A stretch of 64,000 nucleotides of DNA from Massalongia carnosa (lineage: Eukaryota). Every line of letters begins with the position of its first letter. Position 1 is the stretch's first letter. Shown here in pieces: positions 1 to 12,319 of this stretch. The stretch covers positions 1,178,001-1,242,000 of the forward strand of contig OZ287083.1 in assembly GCA_965645245.1 (NCBI GenBank), given 5' to 3'. Under the pieces are notes generated by a model. The model did not search any database and was not told the DNA's origin. It was given only the letters and a program-made list of their open reading frames with translations. Made by a program: the position numbers and the translations under genes.

Positions 1-1013
1 GATCACGGCCAGTCTTTCCTTCATTGAGTCAAAACGGTTAAAGAGAGAGAACGTTCGTCGAACGTGTGGAGATACACTGTCTAGTTCATCGAGTCTACAG
101 GATTCCTAGCGCTTGAAGATCTGGGTGTATGCACCGCCTGGTAGAAGAACGATTTCGTTGCGTTCAATATGGAATTAGGGAGTGGTTTTATCCTGGGGGC
201 TAGGTTTCCACTTCCTGACTGTTTATGTACATAAATAGCAGTCACAGCGTCATATCCATAGGATGCATACGCTTAATGAATTAATAACAATAAATACCCC
301 CTTTTGCATCACACCCTTTATTAAAAAGACTAGAATAAATTCAAATCTGCGAGTAGTTGTCTCAAATCTTCAGTATCATCAACACATATAATCATTGCAT
401 ACTCACTTGACAGTGCAAAGCTTTGTTGTTATTGCTGGTTGCCCCTATTTCGCTAAGCTTCTTCTGATTAGCGTTCCAGCTGACTAACGTGGCTGCGATA
501 GCAAGTCTGAGCCGCAAAACTCAATATTACGGTCAGATATTCGTAATAACTAATGTATTATTGCGATATTTCAACATTTTGACGTCTTGCTTTTTCTTTT
601 GGCACGGCTATTTCTTCAAAAGAAACTCAAGTTTAATTTGTATAGAAATTTTCCTGAAATTCCTATTCGTTATAAAGTTCATGTGGGTCAATCTGATTGC
701 ACTTCGCATAGAAATCGAGAATCGACTTAACGAAAATAACAAGATGTATGTAAAATTGCTCTGCACGTTATAAACATAAATAAATGTTGAAATTTATAAC
801 AAAAAATCAACAATACATCGATCGTGATCATATCAAGCGACGACGATACAAACATGAAGAGAATGAAGTTGTGACGTTCTATAAGGTCGAAATCGTTCTC
901 GTCGTGATCGTTAAGTCATATTTGACTCGAAGAGAGAAGCTAGCTTAGCGTTGCGTTTAGCGCTGGTGCAAAAGGGGGTGAACACATTGACTCCTGTCCA
1001 AGCAATTTTTATA

Positions 1014-3786
1014 GGGTGCGGATACGGGCACACCCTATTAGCTACCTTAACACACTACTTTGCTACCTTCACACCCTACTTGGATACATTCACACCCCCG
1101 AAAAAGTAACCGCAAAAGGGAAAGTTTCCGCCCCCTTCCCTTTCCCAATTAGGGTAAGCGGCGCGAAATTTTGCCGCACCTGAAATTTCGCTGCATCTTT
1201 CGCAAAATTTCGTCGCATCTTGGAATTTCGCCGCAACCTTCTTCTTACTCCTGCAGAATGTCATCTTCCGATGACACGTTCAATGGTTTTGATACCGAAT
1301 CCAATTCTTCCGCTCCCAATCTCATCATCCTCGAAAGAGTCGCATCTGCCTCCCCTCCGCCAGCTTCTCCCCCTCCGCCAGCTTCTCCCCCTTCGTCAGC
1401 TTCAGCACCTCTTGCTGCTCCGGAAGAAGGACAATCCTTTGAGTCTTTGGAAGACTTGATTCAACGAGTCAATGAGCATGCTGGCCCGCGCGGTTATGCA
1501 ATTGTTCTCGCTCGTACGAAGAAGAATAAGGATGGAAATACGCGCAAAGCTTGGTTGATTTGCGATCGAGGAGGCAGAGTGAGAGAACCTCGCGGACAAA
1601 GTCGTCGTCATACTGCCAGCAGAGCCATTGCTTGTCCCTTTTCAATGATTGCGATTCGGGAAAAAGAGTCTGATATCTGGTTTTTGGAAGTGGTCAAATC
1701 GGAACATAATCATGCCTTGAGTTTGGCAGGGGCTCATCCAGTGCATCGAAAGATGGCTATCACCGCCGAGGTAAAAGATGAGATATCGCGTCAGCTAACT
1801 GTTCAGACTGCTCCATCGAAAGTGATTTCGAGTCTGCGCATACCTGATCTTACCACCGGAATCAATTGGGACGATCCGGCCAATCCTCGAGTCGTCAATC
1901 CCATGATCAAACCTCGAGACATCTACAATCTCAAGGCTCAACTTCGTCGCGAGGCTTTGGGACCGTTGACTCCCATACAGGCATTGATTCGAGAGCTTGA
2001 TCAGAGCGCCGATTGGTTGTATCAAATGCAAAAGAATGAGGAGGATCGCAATCAGATAACTCATTTATTCTTTTTAAAAGGAAGTTCCCGAACTTTTTTA
2101 AAGTCCAACTATGAGGTTCTGATCATGGATTGCACTTATAAAACCAATCGCTACAAAATGCCTCTTCTGATCATCAGCGGTCAAACCGCATTGCATACCA
2201 ATTTCTATGTGGCTTTTTGCTTCATGGCCAGTGAGACAAAATTTGACTACACCTGGGTTTTGAGGCAAGTCAAAGCTCTATATTTGCAAATGGAGCTTCC
2301 AGATCCGACCGTCATTGTCACCGACATGGAAAGAAGTCTGATGCTTGCTCTTCGTGCGCAATTTCCTCGTACCAATCATCTGCTTTGCATTTGGCATATC
2401 AATAAGAATGTCGTCGCCAATTGCAAAAGACAATTCAGCAAGGAAGAATGGGACACCTTCTTTGCGGAATGGAAAGCGATAACTTACGCCTCATCGGAAG
2501 TCATACTATGGGAGCTCTAGGGTCAGTTTTCGATCAAATACAAGGACTATGAGGTAGTGGAATATCTGGCTACCACCTACATTACTCATGTTCAGCATTT
2601 CGTAAGATGCTTTACCAATCGAGTACTGCATTTTGACACCACCACTACTTCTCGAGGTGAGGGAGGGCATGCAGTGATCAAACGTCAATCAGGAACGTCG
2701 ACCGGAGATCTGAAAACGGTGGTGGACGGAATCAGTCTTTTATTGATGAACGAGTATCATAACTATTGGATCAAATTGAATGAGGACAAAACGCGATATC
2801 CGCTAGATCTTCGGAAATCACTTTTCAGCAAATATCTCCATTCATCAGTACTAAAGCAATCAGAAGAATTAATTCTCAGTACGATTTACTGACCGGGAGA
2901 CCGACGGCTCTGCCAGCATGTACGAATTCTTTTACAACTAGCACCGGACTGCCTTGCAGTCATAGAATTCAGGAAAGATTGTATGGCGAAGGAAGTTTAT
3001 TGCTGGAAGACGTTCATCCACATTGGAGATTTGAAAGAAACGCTCCCGCCAATGATTTCAATCTGCTGATAGTGGAAGAACCAGACATTATTCGACCTCG
3101 TGGACGACCTTCGGGAGCGGAAAACAGAAGAACTCAAGCTTTCAATGCCTCTACGGGTCGACAACCTTCTCAATTCGAGCGAGTTATTATGGAGACGGCA
3201 GAAGATGAAGAGGTGCCAGCGGATGTGGAACGGGTCATTCGTCGGGCGGATCCAGCCCCGACAAGGGCGCGAGGCAGAAGAGCTCGAGCTGATCGAGCTG
3301 ATCGAGGTGGTGGAGATGCGCGGGGGACGCGGGGGACGCGGGGGACGCAGGATGCGCAGGAGACTCGAGGGACTCGAGGTGCGCGAGGGATTCGAAGAAG
3401 TGATCGGAATGCGCGAGAGAATCAGGGAGGTGAGGGAGATGTCAGAGATGGAGACGGCGAAAATGAGGGTTGAATGAAGCAGCGATAGATCAGGCAGGAA
3501 ATGAGGTAGCTAGTCTGCTTTAAGTTTAGTAGCTTGAAATCAAGGTGCGAATGGCCAACATGGTGCCAATCGACTCCGATTCCTGAGGTTCGAAAACATG
3601 GAATTTCTTCCTTCCCCATCTCAGGCGACAGAATTTCGCACCGCTTACCCTACTCGGGAAAGAGGGGGCGGAAACTTTTCCTTTTGCGGTTACTTTTTCG
3701 GGGTGTGTGAATTTATCCAAGTAGGGTGTGAAGGTAGCAAAGTAGGGTGTTAAGGTAGCTAATAGGGTGTGCCCGTATCCCGACCC
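1014..3786 (+). mobile_element. Mutator-like (MULE) DNA transposon with ~165-170 bp terminal inverted repeats and 8-bp target site duplication
   Basis: TIRs 1014-~1183 (GGGTGCGGATACGGGCACACCCTATTAGCTACC...) and ~3621-3786 (reverse complement, a few mismatches). TTTTTATA flanks both ends (1006-1013, 3787-3794). Encodes a MULE transposase. Confidence 0.93.
1258..3473 (+). pseudogene. MULE transposase, disrupted (FAR1/WRKY-like Zn finger, DDE core, SWIM-like Zn finger, AT-hook)
   Basis: Motifs CDRGG...CPF...HNH, MDCTYKTNRY, VIVTD, LCIWHINKN, TTSRGEGGH, CTNSFTTSTGLPCSH, RPRGRP. In-frame TAG at 2518-2520 (probably TGG originally) and a one-base frameshift at ~2821-2826. Confidence 0.88.
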
Positions 3787-3902
3787 TTTTTATAAACATC
3801 TGGAAATCCGTGAGACTTGAACCTTGTTGAGAAATCAATGGACCATTAGGTCGCCGCATATTGATGTTTAGACATAGAGTCAACAGGGTAAATTGACCTG
3901 AC

Positions 3903-6900
3903 ATGGCTCTTCGATTAATATCACCCACCAACGGTACTCGAATCGTGGATATCAAAGTCGAGTGGGTTGTCCCATATTTACTTCCAAATTCGTTCTCATC
4001 TAGGTTATGAATAGTGTCATCTGTGTGCCAGCGATCGGTGCAGATCCTTGGATCACCTGGCGTGATCGCTTGAAGTCGGTCAGTGGCTCAGGTTACCAAA
4101 ACGCTAGAAGCGCGATGCAGGATAGAATCCCTGCGGCTAGAATCTATATCTACGATCATCTCACGGCTGGCGAGAGAAATCAGAAACCGAAAGAACGAGA
4201 TCATCTCACAACCGAGCTAGCCATTCAAGACTATGCTATCACGGAAGATACGCTTGCGGATTATGACGTCGTCGACTGGGCGGATCGCTTTCTCGATGTC
4301 TTGAAACGTAACTGGGGATCTCGAGGGTCTCAGGTACTAAAACTCTACTCAGGGGGTGTGATGGCCGTGAATGACTGATCCTAATTAGCGAGGCGCTATG
4401 TTTTTTATGTGCCATAGTACTGGAGGCAATGTTGTTAAGCAAGTCAGTGGTGCTTCAAAGGTCCCTCCCTAAACCTTCTTAACATGCTTTGTAGGCACTT
4501 TGCAAGAAGACAGTCGGAGAGGAGAAAAGTGCATTAGCCATGTGTTTAGGAGTGGCGTTTTTTGGTATTGCATCCATCAATTCTGCTGTCGCATGTAGCG
4601 TCTGATCCAGGTTTCTAGCAACACCTCATCATGGTTCCATAGTTCTGTCTCAAGATGAATTTGCACAGTCTGTTCAAGAGAAGTTAAATCTCAAATGGGA
4701 AATGTCAGACTATTTGCGTCAAGACTTTTCGCCAGAAAACCCAGAACTTGAAACTCGTAATGCAGAATTCGGGATTGTCGCAACTGGCATGATGGTTTAT
4801 AGCTACATTGAATTACACGAAATCGAATTTACAGTATCGACATCGTCTGATGATGCCGAAGAAGCGATATCGGACACAGCAAGTTTACATGTGGTGCAAA
4901 GCCACTCGGCCATAGTCGAGAGACTAGACGTTTCTATCGAAAATGAAGAAGTTATTTATTTGAATACCACCCATGGGGGTACCGCCCGCTTCGAGGGTGA
5001 AAATCATCAATATGAGCTTTTTCTCGATAAAATCAATATTCTTATATACAATTTTGGCACTAATGAATATACTGTCGCGCGAAGTTTAGCTTCGAGTATA
5101 TCGAAAGATCTCAGGGTCGGCGTGCACCAATTCTACAAGGGCAGGGAAACCGATGAATCCAGTGGGTTCAAAGTTTGGTCGACTCATCCTCCCTTTCAAA
5201 CATTTATAGAGTCAGGGCCTGCAGATTGCATACACAAGTCGACCAAACAGTACTCCCAAAGAACCACCCCTAGGCCAAAGTCTAGAACAGATCCAGCTTC
5301 TGCAACAGCACGTCGTTTTGTCTCTAACAAGCAAGGACTGGGTTCCTGCGTGAATGGCTCGACGCGAAATCTTACTAATAAATTACCTTCCCTGTTATCT
5401 ACTTATGTTCCAAGTACATCAATCGATCGTTTCCGATGGGTTCATGTGCCGTGCTTACACGTGGGGTGGGTTTGGGTGAGCGGAGACTCTGTAAATCTCT
5501 ATGTTGGCCTCAACTGAATCCTATACAGCAAGTACTTGCCGCAATATCGAGAGAACAGGGCAACCCAGCACTTTACCAAGCGTTGCTATCAAACCAAACC
5601 TGGCTACCACAGCACAGTCCATCGGAACCTTCGGTCCGTTCTGGTTCATTCGTAAAATCGTCAGCAAAATATTCTTTATCGAACAGTCAGTACAAAAAAC
5701 TTTGGAGATATCGAAGCTTGCTGATTTTTATTAGGAGTCCCAATCTCTCATGTTCAAGGTACAATGGCACCAGGAACTTCATCCGGTGGAACCCAGTTTG
5801 CCATATGTGTAAGTTTATGGGAAGTCCAAGTTGCCGATCAATCGTGGCTTACTTCAATTGTAGTTGTCATATCTTCATTGGGACACGTTCAAGCAAATGC
5901 AGAAACGCTCATTGCTCGTTGCAAAACGGAAACAACAACCAGATCTTTGCCCCGTGGATCCAGAAATCGTTAGCGGCAAATCGATGGAGGCGAAGCTCAT
6001 CTGGCAGTATTGCTGTTCAAAACGACCAGTATATTGCCGTAGAACACTGGATGAATACGGTTATCCGAACTTACGCACCACGTCTCTTCGAAACGCCGAT
6101 CAGACTCTGTACAAGCGAACAAAAACTGGGATGGCTTTCTTAGAGTATCCAGCAACCCCAGGAAATCTGCTAGGGAAGGTTTTAATGGTGGATCAACTTT
6201 GGATATTGATCCTGGACGACCGTAGGTCTTGTGCTATATTTGGTTTAGATCAAATTTATTGATGATATGTCTTCAAGAAACCGTCGTGACGTTTGCAAAC
6301 CCAAAAGAAGAAGCCAGCGATGATGATTGTTCAAAGCAAGGCGATCTTTATGATAATATATTGCACGACATCAACGGCGACTACGCTGCACAGTGTGCAG
6401 ACCCCTTGGATTTTGCCGCACTGGCAGTTCTTGTGAGTGGTTCAGTAAAGGTTACGATCTACCCGGTTAAACGGGTGGCTCAGTCTTACAAAAACCACAT
6501 CCTAAGGGTGCTGCTCGCTAATTATCAAACACCAGCACGCCGTGAGAGCTCTTTTAGAAACTACTTCAGATGTCAGTCTGCAAGTTTTTCGTATCTTTGA
6601 GTAAGCCTTGTAGCATTTTACAAACTATTTGGCACAAGGCAAGCTAATTGAACATTAGCGAGTACTATAGTCTTCTTGTAAGTCTTTGGCATCTCGAACC
6701 ATAAGTGTAATGCTTATCATCAAGACTGAGCGTCAAACCGTCAGTTTTAAAGAATTTCGAAATACTTATGCACCTCAACATCTACGACCTTCTAGGGAGC
6801 AGAGTCCCCGCAAGCACGCAGGAGCCCGACAGGAACTTGATGATCTACTGTCATTACGTGATATGGAAGATGAGCTCAACATAATGAGTCGACTTTTTCG

Positions 6901-7390
6901 AGAACAGCAGCGTGTGGTAACCGATATGATTCGTCGCTACAAAGACCTCAATGCACGGCAAAACCAAGGGTTACATGGAACTAGATTCCTACACGAGGCT
7001 GAATGCAGCATCAGAGACTACCAAGAACAAGTTGATACAATGCTCCGTAACGGCAAAGCCGTCCAGGATGCGCTGAAGGATCTCTTCATCATGAAGGAGC
7101 AGCAAGACAACCTAACAAGCCGGGAACAAATGGAAGTGGCAGCCGAACAAGGGAGGGCCGTGATGATCTTTACCGTCGTCACCATCATCTTCCTGCCGCT
7201 CTCGTTTTTTGCTTCCCTGTTCGGCATTAACGCTCGCGAATGGAGCGGCACGCCGGAAAACCTCAGTCTCGGCACCATTTTTGCTTACATGCTCCCGATT
7301 TCGTTCGTGGTGATTGCTCTAGCGCTTATGGTTGCCTTTAATAAGCTTACTCGGAAGTTTGCTCGAGAGATATGGCAAAACTTTTTATAG
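3903..7390 (+). CDS. Multi-exon protein: N-terminal SesB/DUF676-like alpha/beta-hydrolase domain plus C-terminal CorA-like two-TM domain
   Basis: Manual splicing gives MALRLISPT...KVDVICVPAIGADP, FFMCHSTGGNVVKQ (nucleophile-elbow-like), LATPHHGS, then YLHWD, RRTLDEYGYP, VLMVDQLW and IFTVVTIIFLPLSFFASLFGIN. GT-AG introns, e.g. 3962-4014. Confidence 0.7.
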
Positions 7391-8843
7391 TGCCTCTACC
7401 AGCTCTCGAGACATCCATAGGACATCCACCTTGAAACACGGTGACTGGTGTAGATATGTTAGCGGCGCATTAAGAACCTCGATAGAGCCTATCGCGGGTA
7501 AGCCAAGTCATCTTATACTGATTTAGTCTGTATTCGTTATATTTGTAAGGTTGTAAGGTGTGCTACCGATTCCGTTGTATATTTCGAATGACCGCTCTCG
7601 GGCTAGTCCAGCAGACTTTCCAGTTGGAACCATGGAGCCTCGATGGTCCGACGACAACGCATAACGAGCTTATCATCCGGATCTTACATACTGTCGAACC
7701 CTTTTGGCTACAGGATCGGTGGTTCTCGTGAATATAATCCGGTCTTAACATGGGGTCGTTGGCTTTTGTGATGGATAACAAAGGTCCACGCTGATCAGGC
7801 CGATAACATGTCTCGCGTTTGGATTTGGATGATAAACCTCGTGTACTCCGTAGTATGTGGCGTTATGTTTGACAAGATTTCATGTCATGACAATCAACAA
7901 ACTGCATGGGGAAACATAAGTTTGCTGCTTGCTCATCACGCTTCCACCTAGCCCTATCTTAGTAAGTGCATTGAATTAGGGCTTACCCTAAACCTAACTA
8001 CTTTGGGATGCTGTCGCGCTTACTAACAAGCCCCCAACGTCGAACCTTGGTGCAAACCATGCTCGTTAACGTATAGAGTACGGCGGCTCGAATCGAATAC
8101 CCTGCATTGCAATGAGCACCATTCTTCAAGCTCGAGTTGATGTAGCTCGCTGTTGCACCACACAGTGTACTTCATCCGTGATCTAGATGCAGACGGTGTA
8201 GTGTCTCAAGTTGGCTCAGCCATCACGTCGATACAAGAACCAACTGTAGCTTCCGAAGTCCAGCCGCAGGCTGCCTTTTAAAAGAACAGTTTCGAGCGCC
8301 ATGCGAAGTAAGCGGAGCTATACGATTGCAGGCTACAAGCTTGGAAGTACTGCTTTCTGTACGTCCCCGTTGCCCACATTCAGCATCTTTGCTGGTCGGC
8401 CTAGTAAGCAGCCAGAATATGCAGTCAGAACCATAGCCATCGTGATATGGCTAAGGTACGCGGGATGATGAAGCTTTCCCCGCGCGTCGAATTACCCGTA
8501 CTGAAAGATCGAGGCCTCATAGCTGGTCCTACAGGCCTCAGGGTTGTTGATGACTCTACCTTAGCTCTCTAATGTGACGTTTATCCCTTTGCTTTCTAAG
8601 TTCACGTATCGTCTTACCTGCATTTTCATCCGACGCGAGGACCATGAGGTCCAGCGACCGGTTTTTTGGGGTCCTCCGAGATCTCGTTCATCGATGATTT
8701 GGTTGATTTCCAAAGAACAAGCATCTCTATAAGAAGCCTATTCCAACCCCATCCCTTAGCATCTATTAGATCAAGTACCCAGTCCCCCCCCCTCACAAGC
8801 CCCAAATCCCAATACTCCAAAAAGGAAAAGCAACAGCAACATC

Positions 8844-9436
8844 ATGCTCGCTACAACAACTCTCTCGCTCTTTCTAGCGCTCGCCGCTCACGTTGCCTCC
8901 CTCCCCACAGAGACCTCCTTGCCCGCTGCCTCCTGGACCATATCCCCCGGCACCGGCGAGCCCCATTCTTCAGCGGAAAAGCGCGACGAACTGGAAAAAC
9001 GCGCCCTCGGCGGCGTGTATATCTGCACCGACATCAACTGGGGCGGCACGTGCGGATACGCCGTGCAACCCACGTATACGTGTATTGATATGGGTACGGA
9101 CTGGGACAAAAAGATCTCGAGCTTCGGGCCGGATTCCGGGACCCAATGCGTGCTTTACAAGTGAGTTCTTATCTTCTTCCTACTACAGTAGAGGATAGTC
9201 CGTCCCGGACTATTAGATGGAAAAAGCGACGGCGGAGACGGGGCTATAGATAACAGAGTTCCAGCGGCAAAGGTCGACCATGCTAATCATGAGGAATGGG
9301 TAGCACACACGGATGCCTGCCCGATTACGCCACATACCCAAACGGGCAGCCGGACGTCTACTACCCGGGTAAGAGTGACCTAAGGACCATCAACATCAAC
9401 GACGCCATCAGCTCGTTCCGTTGCTATCCCAGCTAG
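8844..9436 (+). CDS. Small secreted Cys-containing protein, Kex2-type propeptide, beta/gamma-crystallin-like mature domain
   Basis: Signal peptide MLATTTLSLFLALAAHVAS; EKR-DELEKR dibasic sites; intron 9161-9303; exon 2 ends DLRTININDAISSFRCYPS*. Two (D/N)-x-x-ISSF motifs. Confidence 0.75.
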
Positions 9437-10441
9437 ATATGTCGAACAGGTATCCGAACGCCTAGATCGGTGGGCTGCAGAGGTTGTGAGCAGGCTACAG
9501 GATAGAGGATTGGGATGAAAGAGCGGGAGGAATTCATGGGGCCTAGAAGGATGGTAATTTGATGGAATGGGTAGAGCTCAGCTGGACAAGCGGATTCATT
9601 TGATTTCTACCTTTATGCATCACGAGCAAGATCGCATCAGTAAAAGTTGGAAGATTAGGAATAACCTAGACGATCTTGTTTTCAAAAACCACCCTCCTTC
9701 CTCAAACAAACAAAGATTTACCAACAATACATACCCGTGCCCTGAGACTCACCCACACCCCCTCACATAGAAAAGAAGAGAACCCCCCCCCCTTTTCCGC
9801 TTTCCAAGTATCGTTTTCCCTGCGTGCGGGGTTTCCTTAGGAGGATGACGAATGACGTGAACGGATGGATGGATGGAAAGAAAGAGTTCGTTCCGGTCAG
9901 GGGACTGGTTATATCTCTCTCCTCGCCGGGGCCTGCGCTGAACCTCTTGGGGATTTGTAGATGACTAGCCTTTTGTGTCATGGAAGACCCATGGTTTTTT
10001 TTAAAAAAAAATAAAAATAAAAAAAAAGAATGGGGGAAAATCCTTCCTACCGCTAACTATCTTTCCCCATAAGTGCACGCCTCAAGGTCTGCACAATGTC
10101 CGGCCCTGAATACGTAGGTAGTAACAACAACAACAACGGGAGAAGTAAAGTGATAAAGCGATACTAAAGCACGAAGAAGCCGAGCCCCGAAGCGTGGAAA
10201 ACTGAGAGGAAAAAAGGGGGAAACATGGTTGCTGGGATCCGGAAAGGGGGGAATGAAGATGTAAACCCTAGAGCGGACGGGTTTTAAAAGGGGTACAGAA
10301 AAAAACCATGTAAAATTAACAGTACAATATGATAGGTGTATTTTGTAATAATACCAAATCCATTTCCATTTCCCTATCCCATTCCGCGCTCATCAAGAAC
10401 ACCCCCCCACCTCCCCCCATGAAACCTCCTCCATTTCCCAT

Positions 10442-11890
10442 CTACTCCCTCACCCAAACGGCAGCCATCCCCATCCCGGTCCCCACGCACATGCCCGTGA
10501 CGCCGACCCTTCCGCCCGTGCGCCCCAGCTCGTTCAGCAGCGTCGAGATCTGCCTTGCACCGGTGCATCCAAGGGGATGGCCGAATGCAATGGCGCCTCC
10601 GTTGGGATTGACCTGTGGCAAGTAAGTAAACCGAAACCGTCGGCGAGTTTGCTCGTCTTCTTTTTTCGAAATTTGGGATCGCTTAATCGAAAAATCGCTG
10701 AGAAAAAGATACACTCGAAAAGAAAAGCAAACTCCTACCTTTTTCACATCGAGCCCCAACTCGCGCACGCACCACACACATTGGCTGGCAAAGGCTTCGT
10801 TGATCTCGAATACATCTACGTCCTCCTTGACGATGCCGGCCTTGCCCAGCGCAACGGGGATAGCTTTCCATGGCCCAATACCCATGAGCAGGGGCTTCAC
10901 GCCCACAACGGCGCTGGCGACGAATTTGCCCAGGATGCGCTGTCCTAAGCGTTCAGCGGTGCTTCGTTTCATGAGCAGGACGGCAGCCGCGCCGTCGGAG
11001 ATCTGGCTTGCGTTGCCGGCGTGGATGCTGCCGTCTTTGGCGAATGCAGGTTTGATCTTGGCGAGGCTTTCAGTCGTAATACCGGGCCTGATGCCATCGT
11101 CTTTATCCACGATGATGATTTTCTCCTCGTCAGTTTTCGGATCCGTGTAGTGAACCTCCATAGCGGCGATCTCCTCATCAAATTTCCCGGCCTTTTGCGC
11201 CGCGAGCGCTTTTTGATACGAACTCGCCGCGAACGCGTCCTGGTCGGCCCGTGAGATCGATCGGTCTTTGGCCATCTGTTCGCTCAAGAGCCCCATGGGA
11301 ACTTTGCAATTCTTCGCTTCCGGGTGTGAGTCCAGCAGCTCCGAGAACTCCGTCACGGCGCCGGGGCCGTATTGCGAGGACATGGACTCTACGCCCGCCC
11401 CGATACCAATATCAATCATCCCAGCACCGATGGCATTGGCAATGTCCACGCATGCTTGCAGCCCGCTGGAGCATTGGCGATTTAGCGATTTCAAGGCCGT
11501 GCTGTCCGGAAACCCTGCCACGAGGGCGGCGGCACGGAACTCAGTGGCACCGCCACCTGGCGGAAGCACAGAACCTACGGCCACATCTTCCACCAATGCG
11601 GGGTCGATCTTAGAACGTAAAAGAAGAGATTTGAAGGCGTGCACAAGGAGGTCGGCCGCCGGTGTATCTTTCAGGCCTCCTTTGCCACCTTTTGTGAATG
11701 GGGTTCGGAGGGCACAAGTAATGACGATGTCCGAGGGGGATTGTGAGAGAATACCCTCGCGACCGCTGGGGATGTCTACTTCGGAGGAGGCAAGATGGGA
11801 CTGGACTTGGGAAAGGCGTTGGCGTGCTAAAAAGGTGGTTAGGAAAGCTGGACATGGGACTTAACTGAGTGTTTTCTTACCTGATAACAT
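10442..11890 (-). CDS. POT1: Peroxisomal 3-ketoacyl-CoA thiolase
   Basis: NRQCSSGLQA, INEAFA, GHPLG and MCVGTGMG thiolase motifs. PTS2 RLSQVQSHL after splicing intron 11880-11827. Second intron 10738-10613. Confidence 0.93.
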
Positions 11891-12319
11891 TGTGGAAAAT
11901 TGGTGCGAATTTGAGTCCGAAGGGATAGTGGTATATAAGGAGGCAAGATCTGAGGATTAATGGGGGAAAGAATCTGAAGAGCCATCTTTGTAGAGTAAGA
12001 GTCAACGGACGAGACATCGACTTTGCCTCGGCATTATTGAATCCGCAGTATCACGTGACCAATCCATAAGGCACGTGACAAGTAACTTTCTATCCAAAAG
12101 CATTTGTTGTATCGTGTACAAAAGGAGGCAGACCGGAGTTTTCATAATCGAGGAGCTCTAGACCAGTCATTAAGCCATCATGAATAAGCTCCAGAGCTTT
12201 TGTTAGAATATATGAGAAATATTTAGTCTCCTAGAGACCCCCACGGATTGGAAAGAAGAACAGATCACAACTTGCGGTGGACCCCCGTTTCTAATGGTCC
12301 CTCAATGAATAGGTGTCCC

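Noticed and set aside
489..773. 94-aa ORF
   Set aside because: GTG start and F/I/K/N-rich composition typical of mutated AT-rich relic DNA.
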